DNA of 64,000 bases from an uncultured Actinomycetota bacterium (GCA_963750345.1 CAVVQH010000006.1:176549-240548), one strand, 5' to 3'; positions 11,514 to 22,378 are shown, counted from the first letter of the stretch. The notes: generated from the letters alone by a model not told the origin. Made by a program: numbers and translations.

Positions 11514-13418
11514 TCAGCGGGCCGCGGGCCCGGGGAAGACCCGCCGCCCGGCCTGGCCCGTCTCGCCGAGCGCTCCCCGCTCCTGGCCGTTCACCGACGC
11601 CGTGATCGCGCCGCCGTCCTCCGCCCGCACGGTGACCGGGGCCGTGGCCCGCACGGTGTGCTCCTGCCCGAGCGCCACCAGGCCGGCCCACACCACGGTG
11701 CCGGAGCGGTCGCGGACGACCACCCGGGAGCCGTCCTGGGCCCCCAGGAGGGTCAGGGTGACCGCCCGGGGAGCGGCGGCCGGCGCCACCGCGGCCACGC
11801 CGCTGCGGCTCACGCCGGCCGAGCCGTTCAGCCCGGGCACCGGTGCCTCCAGCCGCTGGGGCGGCTCGGCGGCGAACAGCCGGATCACGCCCCACGTCAG
11901 CGCCAGGGCCAGCACCACCCCGATGAGGAGGGCCCAGTTCGGCCCGCCCCCGGTACGACGCCGGGCGCGGGCCGTCACCCCGGTGGCCATCTCGGCCTCG
12001 AACACGGTGCGCGCGCCGACCGGGGCGGTGGCGTAGCGGCGGTCGAACTGCTCGAGCAGCGGCACGGGGTCGCGGCCCAGCACCCGGGCCAGGGTGCGCA
12101 GGTGACCGCGAGCGTAGAAGTCCCCGCCGCAGGGTGCGAAGTCGTCGACCTCGACGGACTCGATGACGTGGGGGCGGATGCGGGTCCGGTCGGCCAGCTC
12201 GTCGACGCTGAGCCCGACCCGGGTCCGGGCCGCGGCCAGCTCCGGTCCGATCACCGGGTCGGTGGCGGGCTCGACCGCGAAGTCGTCCAGCACGAGGGGT
12301 TCCACCCGCGCACCCAGCGTGGCGATGGGCCGGACGGTGTCGGGGTCGGGCCGCCGGCGCAGCTCCTCCTGCTCGGGCAGGCCGATGCGCCGTACCGAGC
12401 TCCCGGCGTCGTCGGCCAGCGCCGCCGCTCCGTGCGCGGGCCGTCCCGGGTGGGTGACCTGGGCCCGCAGCGCCGGCCGGGTGTCCCGCAGGGGCACGGC
12501 GCCGGCGGCGACGGGAGCGGGAGCAGGAGCCGCCTCGGGGGTGGACTCGGAGGTGGACTCGGGGGCGGTGTCGACGTCGTTGCTGCGTCCCTTCGCCACC
12601 CGGGACACCACGGTGCCCAGCCCGCCCAGGATGCTGCGTCGCGGACGCCGCGCCTCGTCGTCCGGCCCGACCTCAGCTCCGGCGTCGCCGACCTCGTCCG
12701 CGTGGCCCGGTTCCGGCGCCGGATCCGGTTCCGGGGACGGCTCCGGGGACGGCTCCGGGCTTGGTGCACCCTCGTCCTCGGGCCGCCGCTCGCGGTCCCG
12801 GCGGGACTCCACGACGACCTCGGCCCGGTCCCGGGCCAGCGTCGTCAGGTCGTCGGCGAGCGCTCCACCGGGGGTGGAGAGCCGGGTGGTCACCCCGAGC
12901 GGGACGGCGAGCTCGGCGCCGTACAGCCGGCGGTTCAGGGCGGCGGCGCGACGGGCCCGCGGCTCGAGGCCCTCGAGGGTCCGTTCGGTCCCGTGGCTGG
13001 CGAAGACCAGCCGGCCGTCGTGCAGCAGCCCCTCGCGCGGGGTCACCTCCACGGTGCCGACGGCGTCCCACGGAAGTCCGCGCCACTGCTGGCCGAGCCG
13101 GATCCGGACGCCCAGGTCGTCGGCCACCAGCAGCGGGGTGCGGGCGTCCACCAGGTGCGCGAGGTGCACCACGGCGACCAGCGCGAGCAGCCCGCACAGG
13201 GCCCAGTCCAGGGGCGCGCCGGACGAGCCGGCCCGCCACAGGTAGGCGATGGCGACAGCGGAGGCGCCCGCGCCGACCAGGGCGGCCAGACCCGCGTTGC
13301 GGCGCACCACGACCGGGCTGCCGAGCACCCGTGCGCCGGGTGCCCCGACCGGGCCGCCCTCGGTCGGGCCGCTCTCGGCCGGCTCCGCCGAGGGCGGCTG
13401 CTGGGTCGCTGCGCTCAC
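11514..13418 (-). CDS. RodZ-like HTH + DUF4115 membrane protein with extra N-terminal membrane region
   Basis: [48 protein letters not shown] helix, C-terminal beta domain; between ftsK and rimO. Confidence 0.75.
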   Translation of the reverse strand: MSAATQQPPSAEPAESGPTEGGPVGAPGARVLGSPVVVRRNAGLAALVGAGASAVAIAYLWRAGSSGAPLDWALCGLLALVAVVHLAHLVDARTPLLVADDLGVRIRLGQQWRGLPWDAVGTVEVTPREGLLHDGRLVFASHGTERTLEGLEPRARRAAALNRRLYGAELAVPLGVTTRLSTPGGALADDLTTLARDRAEVVVESRRDRERRPEDEGAPSPEPSPEPSPEPDPAPEPGHADEVGDAGAEVGPDDEARRPRRSILGGLGTVVSRVAKGRSNDVDTAPESTSESTPEAAPAPAPVAAGAVPLRDTRPALRAQVTHPGRPAHGAAALADDAGSSVRRIGLPEQEELRRRPDPDTVRPIATLGARVEPLVLDDFAVEPATDPVIGPELAAARTRVGLSVDELADRTRIRPHVIESVEVDDFAPCGGDFYARGHLRTLARVLGRDPVPLLEQFDRRYATAPVGARTVFEAEMATGVTARARRRTGGGPNWALLIGVVLALALTWGVIRLFAAEPPQRLEAPVPGLNGSAGVSRSGVAAVAPAAAPRAVTLTLLGAQDGSRVVVRDRSGTVVWAGLVALGQEHTVRATAPVTVRAEDGGAITASVNGQERGALGETGQAGRRVFPGPAAR

Positions 13419-16081
13419 TGTTCCCCCTGCAGGGTGGCGATGACGCCGTCGAGGTCGTCGGGCTTGACCAGCACGTCGCGGGCCTTGGAGCCCTCGCTGG
13501 GACCGACCACGCCCCGGCTCTCCAGGATGTCCATGAGCCGCCCCGCCTTGGCGAAGCCCACCCGGAGCTTGCGCTGCAGCATGGACGTGGAGCCGAACTG
13601 GGTGGATACGCACAGCTCGATGGCCTGCACCACCAGGTCGAGGTCGTCGCCGATGTCGTCGTCGAGCTCCCGCTTCGCGGCGGTGGCGACGGTGACGTCC
13701 TCCCGGTACGTCGGCGAGAGCTGCTCCTTGCAGTGCTTGACCACTGCGTGCACCTCGGCCTCGGTGACCCAGGAGCCCTGCACCCGTACGGGCTTGCTGG
13801 CGCCCATGGGCAGGAACAGGCCGTCGCCCTGGCCCACCAGCTTCTCGGCCCCGGGCTGGTCGAGGATGACCCGGGAGTCGGCCAGCGACGAGGTCGCGAA
13901 GGCGAGCCGCGACGGCACGTTGGCCTTGATGAGGCCGGTGACGACGTCGACCGAGGGCCGCTGGGTGGCCAGGATGAGGTGGATGCCGGCGGCCCGGGCC
14001 AGCTGGGTGATGCGGACGACGGCGTCCTCCACGTCGCGGGGGGCCACCATCATGAGGTCGGCCAGCTCGTCGACGACCACGAGCAGGTACGGGTACGGCG
14101 CCAGCACCCGCTCGCTGCCCGGCGGGACCGTGACCTTGCCGGCCCGGACCGCCTTGTTGAAGTCGTCGACGTGCCGGAAGCCGAACGCGGCCAGGTCGTC
14201 GTAGCGCAGGTCCATCTCGCGCACGACCCAGTTGAGCGCCTCGGCCGCCTTCTTGGGGCTGGTGATGATGGGCGTGATCAGGTGCGGCACGCCCTCGTAG
14301 ATGTTCAGCTCGACCCGCTTGGGGTCCACCAGGATCATCCGGACCTCGTCGGGGGTGGAGCGCATGAGGATCGAGGTGATCATCGAGTTGACGAACGAGG
14401 ACTTGCCCGAGCCGGTGGCCCCGGCCACCAGCAGGTGCGGCATCTTCGACATGTTGGCCACCACGAAGCCGCCCTCGACGTCCTTGCCCAGGCCGACCAC
14501 CATCGGGTGGTGGTCGTTGCGGGCGTTGCCGGAGCGGAGCACGTCGCCGAGGGAGACGATCTCCTTGTCGGTGTTGGGGATCTCGATGCCGATCGCCGAC
14601 TTGCCGGGGATCGGCGACAGGATGCGCACGTCCGCCGAGGCCACCGCGTAGGCGATGTTCTTGCCCAGGGCGGTCACCTTCTCCACCTTCACCGCAGGCC
14701 CGAGCTCGACCTCGTAGCGGGTGACGGTCGGACCCCGTGTGTAGCCGGTGACCTGGGCGTCGATGTCGAACTGGTCGAGGACCTCGGTCAGGCGCGCCAC
14801 CACGGCGTCGGAGGCCTGGGAGCGGGCCTTGTGCACCGAGCCCGGCTTGAGGACCTCGTTGGCGGGCAGGGAGTAGGTGACGTCCCCCGACAGCGCCAGC
14901 TGCTCGACCCGGGCCGGCAGCGGCGTGTGCGGTGGCGCCTCGACACGCTCGTCGCCAGCGGAGTCGGCGGTGTCGGCGGTGGGGTCGGCGGTGGGGTCGG
15001 CGGAGGCCGGTGCGGGAGCCTCGCGGTCCAGACGCGTGCTCCCCGAGCCGCCGGTGCCCGCCGGGGCGGGCTCGGCACCCGCGCGACCACGGCGCCGGGC
15101 GATGGCCCGGTCCTCCAGGACCGGGGTGTCGTAGGGCCGGTCGCCCTCGTGGGCGTCCACGTCACGCCCCTTCCCCGAGGCGCCGGAGCCGCTCGCGGTG
15201 CCCGTCCTCCCCGGGGCTCCGTCGGCGCCGGGTACGTCGACCGGCGCGGCGCTCCGGCCGAGCAGCATGTCGCGCAGGGCGGCCAGCCGGGCCGGGACCC
15301 GGTAGACGGGCGTGCCGGTGATCACCAGGACGCCGAAGACGGCGAGCAGCACCAGCAGCGGGACGACGACCAGCGTGCTGCGGAGCAGGTCGACCAGCAG
15401 GGAGGAGACCACGAAGCCGATCGCGCCGCCCGCCTGCTGCAGGTCGGCGGTGTCCCCCCGTCGCGGCACGGGCATGCCGTGGGCGACGTGGACCAGGCCG
15501 AGGATCCCGAACAGCAGCGTGGTCCAGCCGATCACCTGCCGCCCCGCTGGACCGTTGCTCTGCGGGTCCCGCAGGGTCCGCCAGGCCACGAAGCACAGCA
15601 GCAGCGGGACGAACCAGCCCACGATCCCGACCGAGCCGTTGACCACGGTGCGGGTGGCGTCACCCACCCGTCCCGGCAGCTGCCACCAGACGGCGGCCGC
15701 GACCACCACGGCCAGGGCGACCAGCAGCAGGCCCATCCCGTCACGGCGGTGCTCGGGGTCGAGCTCGCGGGCCGTGCGGCCGACCTTGCGCACGCCCGCG
15801 CCCACCAGGTGGGCGAGGGCCAGCCAGAGCGACGCGATCCCCCGGCCGAGGGCCAGACCCAGCCGGGCGACGGGTCCGGTGCCGTTGCGGACGGCTCGGG
15901 GCGCGGGTCGCCTCGAGCCGCCGGTGCCCCCGGAGCCCTTCGGGCGCGCCGCAGAGGCGCCGCGGGGCCGGCGGCCGGTGGACCGGGTCGGGGAGGCAGA
16001 GGCTTTCGGGCGGCCGGAGGCGGCCGCCTTGGAGGTGCTCTTGTTCCGCGACGCCGGGGGGGAGGACGTACGGGTCGCCAT
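13415..16081 (-). CDS. ftsK: DNA translocase FtsK
   Basis: N-terminal TMs, PHLLVAGATGSGKS, VVVDELADLMM, LATQRPSVDV, gamma domain STSMLQRKLRVGFAKAGRLMD. Confidence 0.97.
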   Translation of the reverse strand: MATRTSSPPASRNKSTSKAAASGRPKASASPTRSTGRRPRGASAARPKGSGGTGGSRRPAPRAVRNGTGPVARLGLALGRGIASLWLALAHLVGAGVRKVGRTARELDPEHRRDGMGLLLVALAVVVAAAVWWQLPGRVGDATRTVVNGSVGIVGWFVPLLLCFVAWRTLRDPQSNGPAGRQVIGWTTLLFGILGLVHVAHGMPVPRRGDTADLQQAGGAIGFVVSSLLVDLLRSTLVVVPLLVLLAVFGVLVITGTPVYRVPARLAALRDMLLGRSAAPVDVPGADGAPGRTGTASGSGASGKGRDVDAHEGDRPYDTPVLEDRAIARRRGRAGAEPAPAGTGGSGSTRLDREAPAPASADPTADPTADTADSAGDERVEAPPHTPLPARVEQLALSGDVTYSLPANEVLKPGSVHKARSQASDAVVARLTEVLDQFDIDAQVTGYTRGPTVTRYEVELGPAVKVEKVTALGKNIAYAVASADVRILSPIPGKSAIGIEIPNTDKEIVSLGDVLRSGNARNDHHPMVVGLGKDVEGGFVVANMSKMPHLLVAGATGSGKSSFVNSMITSILMRSTPDEVRMILVDPKRVELNIYEGVPHLITPIITSPKKAAEALNWVVREMDLRYDDLAAFGFRHVDDFNKAVRAGKVTVPPGSERVLAPYPYLLVVVDELADLMMVAPRDVEDAVVRITQLARAAGIHLILATQRPSVDVVTGLIKANVPSRLAFATSSLADSRVILDQPGAEKLVGQGDGLFLPMGASKPVRVQGSWVTEAEVHAVVKHCKEQLSPTYREDVTVATAAKRELDDDIGDDLDLVVQAIELCVSTQFGSTSMLQRKLRVGFAKAGRLMDILESRGVVGPSEGSKARDVLVKPDDLDGVIATLQGEQ

Positions 16082-16197
16082 GCCAGGGAATCTACACAGG
16101 TGTCACATCCGCCCCAGGCCTCACACGCCGGACCAGCACCAGGAGTCGGGCCACTATCGAAACCTGTACGCTTCGGGGTCGAGCCGAGGGAGGTCGC

Positions 16198-16368
16198 GTG
16201 AAGAGGTTCCGCTGTGGAGACGTCGTACCCGGGTGCCCCGAGGAGTTCGTCGGCGAGGAGGCTCAGATCCTCCGCGAGGTCGCCGACCACGCACGGCGCG
16301 ACCACGGCATCGAGACCCTCGGGGAGGACGTCCGCGAGGCCGTCCGTGCACGGATGACGCAGACGTGA
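16198..16368 (+). CDS. Small DUF1059-like metal-binding protein (56 aa, not in ORF track)
   Basis: GGGAGG RBS then GTG; MKRFRCGDVVPGCPEEFVGEEAQILREVADHARRDHGIETLGEDVREAVRARMTQT with C-x6-C...H-x4-H. Confidence 0.8.
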   Translation: MKRFRCGDVVPGCPEEFVGEEAQILREVADHARRDHGIETLGEDVREAVRARMTQT

Positions 16369-16381
16369 GACGCTCCGGCCG

Positions 16382-17500
16382 ATGACCGGTCTGAGCGCGC
16401 ACGAGGCGGCCGCCTCCCTGGCCCGCGACCCCCGTGACCTGGGCCTGCACGCCCAGCCCATCGTGGACACCGTCACCGGTGAGGTGGCCGGCTACGAGCT
16501 CCTGACCCGCCTGCCGCTGGACTGGCGCGTCGGCCCCGAGGAGCTGTTCCGCGCGGCGGACCGGTCCGGCCTCAGCCCCCGGCTGACCTGCCACGTGCTG
16601 GAGCTCGCGGTCCACCTGCGGGACGAGCTGCCGCAGCGCTCGTTCCTGACCTTCAACTGCTCCCCCAGCGACCTCACCGACCCTGCGGTCGTCTCCACGA
16701 TGTCCCGGCTGGACCTGCGGCGGGTCTTCGTGGAGCTGACCGAGGTGGCCTGGCCCGACGACACCGGCTCGGTCCTGCGGGCGGCCGACGTGGTGCGCGC
16801 GCAGGGTGGCCGCATCGCCGCCGACGACGTCGGGGCCGGGTACGCCGGTCTCCTGCAGCTCATCCGGCTACGACCGGAGCTGGTCAAGGTGGACCGCCAG
16901 ATCGTGCAGCGCATCGGCCGCGACGTGGCCGCGGGGGCGCTGGTGGAGATGCTCGGTGCCCTCGCGGACCGCCTGGACGCCTGGGTCGTGGCGGAGGGGG
17001 TGGAGGACACCGCCCAGCTCAGCCGGCTCATCGAGCTGGGCGTCCCGCTGGTGCAGGGCTACTACCTCGGGCGGCCGGTGCCGCCGTGGGCCGGGTGCGA
17101 CCACCCCGAGGAGGTACGTCGCTGGGGTCGCCGGCACGAGTCCCACCAGCACGTCGCGGCGCACCAGCGGGCCCCCATGCCCGGCGAGCTGGTGCTGGGC
17201 CGGGCCGGTGAGGTCGTGGGCATCCGGCTGGACACCACCGACGGCCCCGTGCAGGTGGCTCCGCTGACCATGGACGGCTCCACCCCGGTCAGGGCCGCCC
17301 TGCTGCGGGCCATGTCGCGACGCGGGCCGATGCTGCGGATGACTCCGCTGGTGCTCACCGACGCCACCGGCCGGCCCACCGGCGTGGTGCCCGTGGAGCG
17401 CCTGGTCGAGCTGCTCGCCACCGCGGAGATCCCGGTCCCGGTCCAGGGCGGGGCCGACCGCCCGACCCCTGCGCCGCGGTTGCCCCGCCAGCAGGGCTGA
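16382..17500 (+). CDS. EAL-domain c-di-GMP phosphodiesterase with C-terminal CBS-like remnant
   Basis: QPIV..GYELLTR, VELTE, ADDVGAGY, KVDR, VAEGVE, QGYYLGRP. Confidence 0.85.
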   Translation: MTGLSAHEAAASLARDPRDLGLHAQPIVDTVTGEVAGYELLTRLPLDWRVGPEELFRAADRSGLSPRLTCHVLELAVHLRDELPQRSFLTFNCSPSDLTDPAVVSTMSRLDLRRVFVELTEVAWPDDTGSVLRAADVVRAQGGRIAADDVGAGYAGLLQLIRLRPELVKVDRQIVQRIGRDVAAGALVEMLGALADRLDAWVVAEGVEDTAQLSRLIELGVPLVQGYYLGRPVPPWAGCDHPEEVRRWGRRHESHQHVAAHQRAPMPGELVLGRAGEVVGIRLDTTDGPVQVAPLTMDGSTPVRAALLRAMSRRGPMLRMTPLVLTDATGRPTGVVPVERLVELLATAEIPVPVQGGADRPTPAPRLPRQQG

Positions 17501-17507
17501 TCAGGGC

Positions 17508-18413
17508 TCAGCCCAGCAGCCCCGCCCGCGTCAGCACCTCGCGCAGGTGCTCGGTCAGGTCGTCGTCGGTCGCCACCAGGGGCAGCCGCACGGCCCGGTT
17601 GGGCAGCACCCCCAGCAGCTGCAGGGCGGCCTTCGCCGTCATCGCCCCCTGGGCCGTGGTCATCACCGCGTCCACCACCGGCACCAGCGCGCGGTAGACC
17701 TCCAGCGCGGCGGCCAGGTCGCCCCGGTCGACGGCGTCCACCATCGCGGCGTAGCGGTCGCCGGCCACGTGGCCCACCACCGAGACGATCCCGCAGCCCC
17801 CGTGGGTCAGCCAGCCGAGGTTGAGCACGTCGTCGCCGGAGTAGAAGGACAGCCCTGTCTCCCCCATGATCCGCACCCCGCGGGCCAGGTCGCCCACGGC
17901 GTCCTTGACCGCCACGATGCGCTCGTGGCGGGCCACGCGCCGGTAGGTGTCCTCGGCGATGGTGACCCCGGTGCGGCCCGGGATGTCGTAGAGCATCACC
18001 GGCAGGTCGCCGGCCGAGGCCACCGCCTCGAAGTGCGCGGCGAGCCCGGCCTGGGTGGGCTTGCTGTAGTACGGGCTCACCAGCAGCACGCCGTGCGCAC
18101 CCAGCTTCCCCGCCTGCTCGGCGAGCTCGACCGAGTGCGCGGTGTTGTTGGTGCCGACGCCCGCCACGACCGTCATGCGGTCGCCGACCGCCTCCAGGAC
18201 CGCCTGAAGGATGCGGCCGTCCTCCTGCGTGCTCGTGGTCGGGGACTCACCCGTCGTACCGGAGACCACCACGCCGTCGTGACCGTGGTCGGCCAGGTGC
18301 TCCGCGACCCGGGCGGTGCCGTCCGGGTCGACCGAGCCGTCGTCGTGGAACGCAGTGACCATGGCGGTGAGGACCCGCCCGAAGGGGGCGGCTGGCAGCA
18401 GGCCGGGGGTCAT
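17508..18413 (-). CDS. dapA: 4-hydroxy-tetrahydrodipicolinate synthase
   Basis: [29 protein letters not shown]. Confidence 0.95.
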   Translation of the reverse strand: MTPGLLPAAPFGRVLTAMVTAFHDDGSVDPDGTARVAEHLADHGHDGVVVSGTTGESPTTSTQEDGRILQAVLEAVGDRMTVVAGVGTNNTAHSVELAEQAGKLGAHGVLLVSPYYSKPTQAGLAAHFEAVASAGDLPVMLYDIPGRTGVTIAEDTYRRVARHERIVAVKDAVGDLARGVRIMGETGLSFYSGDDVLNLGWLTHGGCGIVSVVGHVAGDRYAAMVDAVDRGDLAAALEVYRALVPVVDAVMTTAQGAMTAKAALQLLGVLPNRAVRLPLVATDDDLTEHLREVLTRAGLLG

Positions 18414-18567
18414 GGCCACCAGGTTATCGGTTCGGCGCGGCGAGGGGTCGCACCCGAGCGCGCAGCCGATAGCGTTTCCCCTGCGGCGATCCTGTGCAGC
18501 CACCCCGTTCAGCACTCCCCACCAGCAGCGCCCCAGCACGCCCCCCTCGAGCGGCCCGGAGGCCACC

Positions 18568-19311
18568 ATGCCCGAGCACAGCCTGTCCCACCGTCTCGCC
18601 GCCGAGTTCTTCGGCACCTTCTGGCTGGTCCTCGGCGGCTGCGGCAGCGCCGTGCTGGCCGCCGGCGTGCCGGACGTCGGCATCGGCTTCCTCGGGGTGG
18701 CCCTGGCCTTCGGCCTGACCGTGCTGACGATGGCCTACGCCGTGGGCCACATCAGCGGCGGGCACTTCAACCCGGCCGTCACCGTCGGCCTGGCCACGGC
18801 GAGGCGCTTCGAGTGGCGCGCCGTCCCCGCCTACGTCGTCACCCAGGTCGTGGCCGCCGCCGTCGCGGCCACCGTGCTGTTCGTGATCGCCAACGGGGCC
18901 AAGGGCTTCAGCGCCTCGGACTCCGGCTTCGCCACCAACGGCTACGGCGACCGGTCCCCCGGCGGCTACTCCCTGCTGGCGGTCGTGGTGGCCGAGATCG
19001 TGCTGACGGCCTTCTTCCTCTACGTGATCCTGGGCGCCACCGACACCCGGGCCCCCAAGGGCTTCGCCCCCATCGCCATCGGCCTGTCGCTGACGCTGAT
19101 CCACCTGGTGTCGATCCCGGTCAGCAACACCTCGGTCAACCCGGCCCGCTCCACCGGCCCGGCCCTGTTCGCGGGCGGGGAGGCCCTGGGCCAGCTGTGG
19201 GTCTTCTGGCTCGCCCCGCTGGTGGGCGCCCTCGTCGCGGGCGCGACGTACGCCGGGCTCTTCGGCTCCTCGAACGACCCCGTGCCGCTGGGCGAGACCA
19301 CCGAGGCCTGA
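18568..19311 (+). CDS. aqpZ: Aquaporin Z
   Basis: [13 protein letters not shown] and [12 protein letters not shown] motifs; NGYG loop. Confidence 0.95.
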   Translation: MPEHSLSHRLAAEFFGTFWLVLGGCGSAVLAAGVPDVGIGFLGVALAFGLTVLTMAYAVGHISGGHFNPAVTVGLATARRFEWRAVPAYVVTQVVAAAVAATVLFVIANGAKGFSASDSGFATNGYGDRSPGGYSLLAVVVAEIVLTAFFLYVILGATDTRAPKGFAPIAIGLSLTLIHLVSIPVSNTSVNPARSTGPALFAGGEALGQLWVFWLAPLVGALVAGATYAGLFGSSNDPVPLGETTEA

Positions 19312-19341
19312 GCGCAGCGGCTCAGGGGTGCGGGCAGGGGC

Positions 19342-19833
19342 TTACGGGACCACGGGGATCGAGCACCGCTCCCACCACACGAAGTCGAAGCCGTCGTGCG
19401 GCTCGCGACGCGTCTCCCGCCACGCGGACCGGTCCCAGGTGGGGTAGTGCGTGTCGCCCTCGGGGGAGGCGTGCACCTCGGTCAGCACCTGGTGGGTCGC
19501 CAGCGGCATCGCCTCGGCGTACAGCTGCCCGCCGCCGATCACCATGATGTCGCCCTCGAAGCCCTGCGCGAGCGCGACGGCCTCGGTGAGGTCCGGCGCC
19601 ACGAAGACGCCGTCACCGTAGTACCGCCGGTCGCGGGTGACCACGACGTTGGTGCGGTACGGCAGCGGGTGGCCGATGCTGTCGAAGGTGCGCCGGCCCA
19701 TCACCACGGTGTGGTCGCGGGTGGTGGCCCGGAAGTGGCGGAGGTCCTCCGGGATGCTCCACGGGATGTCTCCTCCCGCCCCGATGACGCCGTTCGCCGC
19801 GACCGCGGCGACCATGACGATGCGCTTGCTCAT
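19342..19833 (-). CDS. folA: Dihydrofolate reductase
   Basis: [31 protein letters not shown]. Confidence 0.95.
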   Translation of the reverse strand: MSKRIVMVAAVAANGVIGAGGDIPWSIPEDLRHFRATTRDHTVVMGRRTFDSIGHPLPYRTNVVVTRDRRYYGDGVFVAPDLTEAVALAQGFEGDIMVIGGGQLYAEAMPLATHQVLTEVHASPEGDTHYPTWDRSAWRETRREPHDGFDFVWWERCSIPVVP

Positions 19834-20639
19834 ACCGCGATCGGCGCCTTGATCCCGGGGTGCGGGTCGTAGTCCAGGAGCGAGACGTGCTCCAGGTCGA
19901 AGGCGTCCAGCTCGCCGACCCGGGGGTCGAGCACCAGGCGCGGCAGCGGCCGCGGCGTCCGGGTGAGCTGCAGCCGGGCCTGGTCCAGGTGGTTGACGTA
20001 GAGGTGGGCGTCACCGAGCGTGTGCACGAAGTCGCCCACCCGCAGGCCGGTGACCTGGGCGACCATGTGCGTGAGCAGGGCGTACGACGCGATGTTGAAC
20101 GGCACGCCGAGGAAGACGTCGGCCGAGCGCTGGTAGAGCTGGCAGCTCAGCCGGCCGGGCCCGTCCTGCGCCGGCGCGACGTAGAACTGGAACAGCGCGT
20201 GGCACGGCGCCAGCGCCATGTGCGGCAGGTCGGCGACGTTCCACGCCGAGACGATGTGGCGCCGCGAGTCGGGGTCGCGGCGCAGCGCCTCGACCACCTG
20301 GGCGAGCTGGTCGACGTGCGCCCCGTCGGGCGTGGGCCAGGACCGCCACTGCGCGCCGTAGACCGGCCCGAGGTCGCCGTTCTCGTCGGCCCACTCGTCC
20401 CAGATGCTCACACCCCGCTCCTGCAGCCAGGTGACGTTGGTGTCCCCCCGCAGGAACCACAGCAGCTCGGCGAACACCGAGCGGGTGTGCACCTTCTTGG
20501 TCGTCACCAACGGGAAGCCCTGAGCGAGGTCGAAGCGCATCTGGTGACCGAACACGCTGCGCGTGCCGGTGCCGGTGCGGTCGTCCTTGGCCACGCCCTC
20601 GTCGAGGACCCGGCGCAGGAGGTCGAGGTACTGGTGCAC
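19830..20639 (-). CDS. thyA: Thymidylate synthase
   Basis: [45 protein letters not shown]. Confidence 0.97.
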   Translation of the reverse strand: MHQYLDLLRRVLDEGVAKDDRTGTGTRSVFGHQMRFDLAQGFPLVTTKKVHTRSVFAELLWFLRGDTNVTWLQERGVSIWDEWADENGDLGPVYGAQWRSWPTPDGAHVDQLAQVVEALRRDPDSRRHIVSAWNVADLPHMALAPCHALFQFYVAPAQDGPGRLSCQLYQRSADVFLGVPFNIASYALLTHMVAQVTGLRVGDFVHTLGDAHLYVNHLDQARLQLTRTPRPLPRLVLDPRVGELDAFDLEHVSLLDYDPHPGIKAPIAV

Positions 20640-20686
20640 GGTCCTCACCCTAGTGCGAGCCTCCGACAACCTGTCCGGATGCGCCC

Positions 20687-20715
20687 TTGACACGGTTGGC
20701 TAAGTGCTTTAGCTT
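20687..20715 (+). promoter_or_regulatory. Primary-sigma promoter with overlapping palindromic operator
   Basis: TTGACA-17nt-TAGCTT, 7 nt before ATG 20723; GCTAA-N5-TTAGC (20699-20713) overlaps the -10. Confidence 0.7.
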
Positions 20716-20722
20716 TTTGGCT

Positions 20723-21529
20723 ATGACCTCTAGCCACTTCCTCCAGCGTCCCGAGGGACGCCTCTCCTACGACCTGACCGGCGAGGGCCCCCTCGTCGTC
20801 TGCCTGCCCGGCATGGGCGAGCTGCGCTCCAGCTACCGCCACCTCGTCCCGCTCCTGGTCGCCGCCGGCTTCCGGGTGGCCTGCCTGGACCTGCGCGGCC
20901 ACGGCGACAGCGACGCCACCTTCTCCTCCTACGACGACGAGGCGCTGGCCTCCGACGCCCTGGCCCTGGTCGAGGAGCTCGGCTCCCCGGCGTACCTGGT
21001 CGGCAACTCGATGGGGGCCGGCGCCGCGGTGATCGCCGCGGCGCAGCAGCCCGAGGCCGTGCTGGGCCTCGTCCTGGTGGGACCCTTCGTCCGCAACCCC
21101 GCGGTGGGACGCCTCGCCACGATGGCCTACCGGCTGACCATGACGCGGCCCTGGGGCCGGGCGGCGTTCCTGGCCTACTACCCGAGGTGGACCCCGGGCG
21201 AGCGTCCCGCCGACTTCGACGAGCACCGGGCCGCCGTGGCCGAGAACCTGCGCCGCCCCGGGCACTGGAAGGCCTTCGCGGCCACCACCCGCACCACCCA
21301 CGCACCGGCCGAGGCCCGCCTCGGCGACGTCCGCGCCCCCGCCGTGGTGGTCATGGGCGCCGACGACGTGGACTGGTCCGACCCGGCCGCGGAGGCGGCC
21401 TGGCTGGGCGGCCGCCTCGGCGCCGAGGTGGTCATGGCGCCGGGCGTCGGCCACTACCCGCAGACCCAGGTTCCCGGCGTGGTGGCCGACGCGGTGCGCC
21501 GGCTCGCCGACGGGGTCCGGGGTGCCTAG
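20723..21529 (+). CDS. Alpha/beta fold hydrolase
   Basis: DLRGHGDS, nucleophile elbow GNSMG, GHYP. Confidence 0.9.
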   Translation: MTSSHFLQRPEGRLSYDLTGEGPLVVCLPGMGELRSSYRHLVPLLVAAGFRVACLDLRGHGDSDATFSSYDDEALASDALALVEELGSPAYLVGNSMGAGAAVIAAAQQPEAVLGLVLVGPFVRNPAVGRLATMAYRLTMTRPWGRAAFLAYYPRWTPGERPADFDEHRAAVAENLRRPGHWKAFAATTRTTHAPAEARLGDVRAPAVVVMGADDVDWSDPAAEAAWLGGRLGAEVVMAPGVGHYPQTQVPGVVADAVRRLADGVRGA

Positions 21530-22100
21530 GGCCGGCCTGACCACCGAGGTCGTCGTGGCCGAGGCCGCCCGGCTGGTGGACCGTGACGGCGCCGGGTCGC
21601 TGACGCTGCGCGCGGTGGCCGAGCGGTTCGGGGTGGCCCAGCCCAGCCTCTACAAGCACATCGGTGGCCTCGAGGACCTGCACGGCCGCCTGGCCCTGGT
21701 GGCGGCCCGTGAGCTGGGCACGGCGCTGCGCACGGCGGTGTCCGGCCGGGCCGGTGCCGAGGCCACCGCCGCGGTGGCCACGGCGTACCGTCGCTACGCC
21801 ACCGAGCACCCGGGCTGCTACGCCTACCTGCTGCGCCCCCGGGCCGACGACGCCGACCACGAGCGGGCGAGCGCGGAGGTGCTCGCCGTGCTCTACGCGG
21901 TCCTGGACGGCTACGACATCCGCGAGGAGGCCGACCGGGTCGACGCCGCCCGCTTCCTGCGCAGCGCCATGCACGGGTTCGTGGCCCTGGAGCTGGGGGG
22001 CGGGTACGCGATGTCGCGCTCCGTCGACGACAGCTTCGCCGCCACGCTGCGCGCCGTCGACCTCGCGCTGCGCGGCTGGACCGCCTCGGTGGCGGTGTAG
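21522..22100 (+). CDS. TetR/AcrR regulator with WHG-type C-terminal domain
   Basis: LTLRAVAERFGVAQPSLYKH HTH; RSAMHGFVALE. Confidence 0.9.
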   Translation: MPRAGLTTEVVVAEAARLVDRDGAGSLTLRAVAERFGVAQPSLYKHIGGLEDLHGRLALVAARELGTALRTAVSGRAGAEATAAVATAYRRYATEHPGCYAYLLRPRADDADHERASAEVLAVLYAVLDGYDIREEADRVDAARFLRSAMHGFVALELGGGYAMSRSVDDSFAATLRAVDLALRGWTASVAV

Positions 22101-22162
22101 TTTCCAACCCCCGGGCCTCCCGGGACCCCGGCGCACCGGCCGGGTCGAGCAGAGGAGCACCC

Positions 22163-22345
22163 ATGAGCGAGGACCAGCAGTTCTGGTACTGCCTGACCCA
22201 CCACCGGGTCGAGGGCCGTGACGGCTGTCCCAACCAGGACCGGCTCGGCCCCTACGCCACCGAGGCCGAGGCCTCCCGCGCCCTGGAGACGGCCGAGAAG
22301 CGGACCGAGGACTGGGACAACGACCCGAAGTGGAAGGACGACTGA
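22163..22345 (+). CDS. Small conserved actinobacterial hypothetical protein
   Basis: GAGGAG RBS; FWYCLTHHRVE..C...RLGPYATEAEA. Confidence 0.75.
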   Translation: MSEDQQFWYCLTHHRVEGRDGCPNQDRLGPYATEAEASRALETAEKRTEDWDNDPKWKDD

Positions 22346-22378
22346 CCGCTCCGACGGGCACTCCCCCGCCCGGCCGCC

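Noticed and set aside
16082-16197. c-di-GMP riboswitch upstream of the DUF1059-EAL pair
   Set aside because: No GEMM-type paired tetraloop/receptor architecture recognisable.
12761-16201. Very long plus-strand ORFs (e.g. 1146 aa here, 984 aa at 36391, 1019 aa at 50981)
   Set aside because: Antisense shadows of ftsK, pnp and infB caused by stop-codon scarcity in high-GC DNA; no domain motifs.
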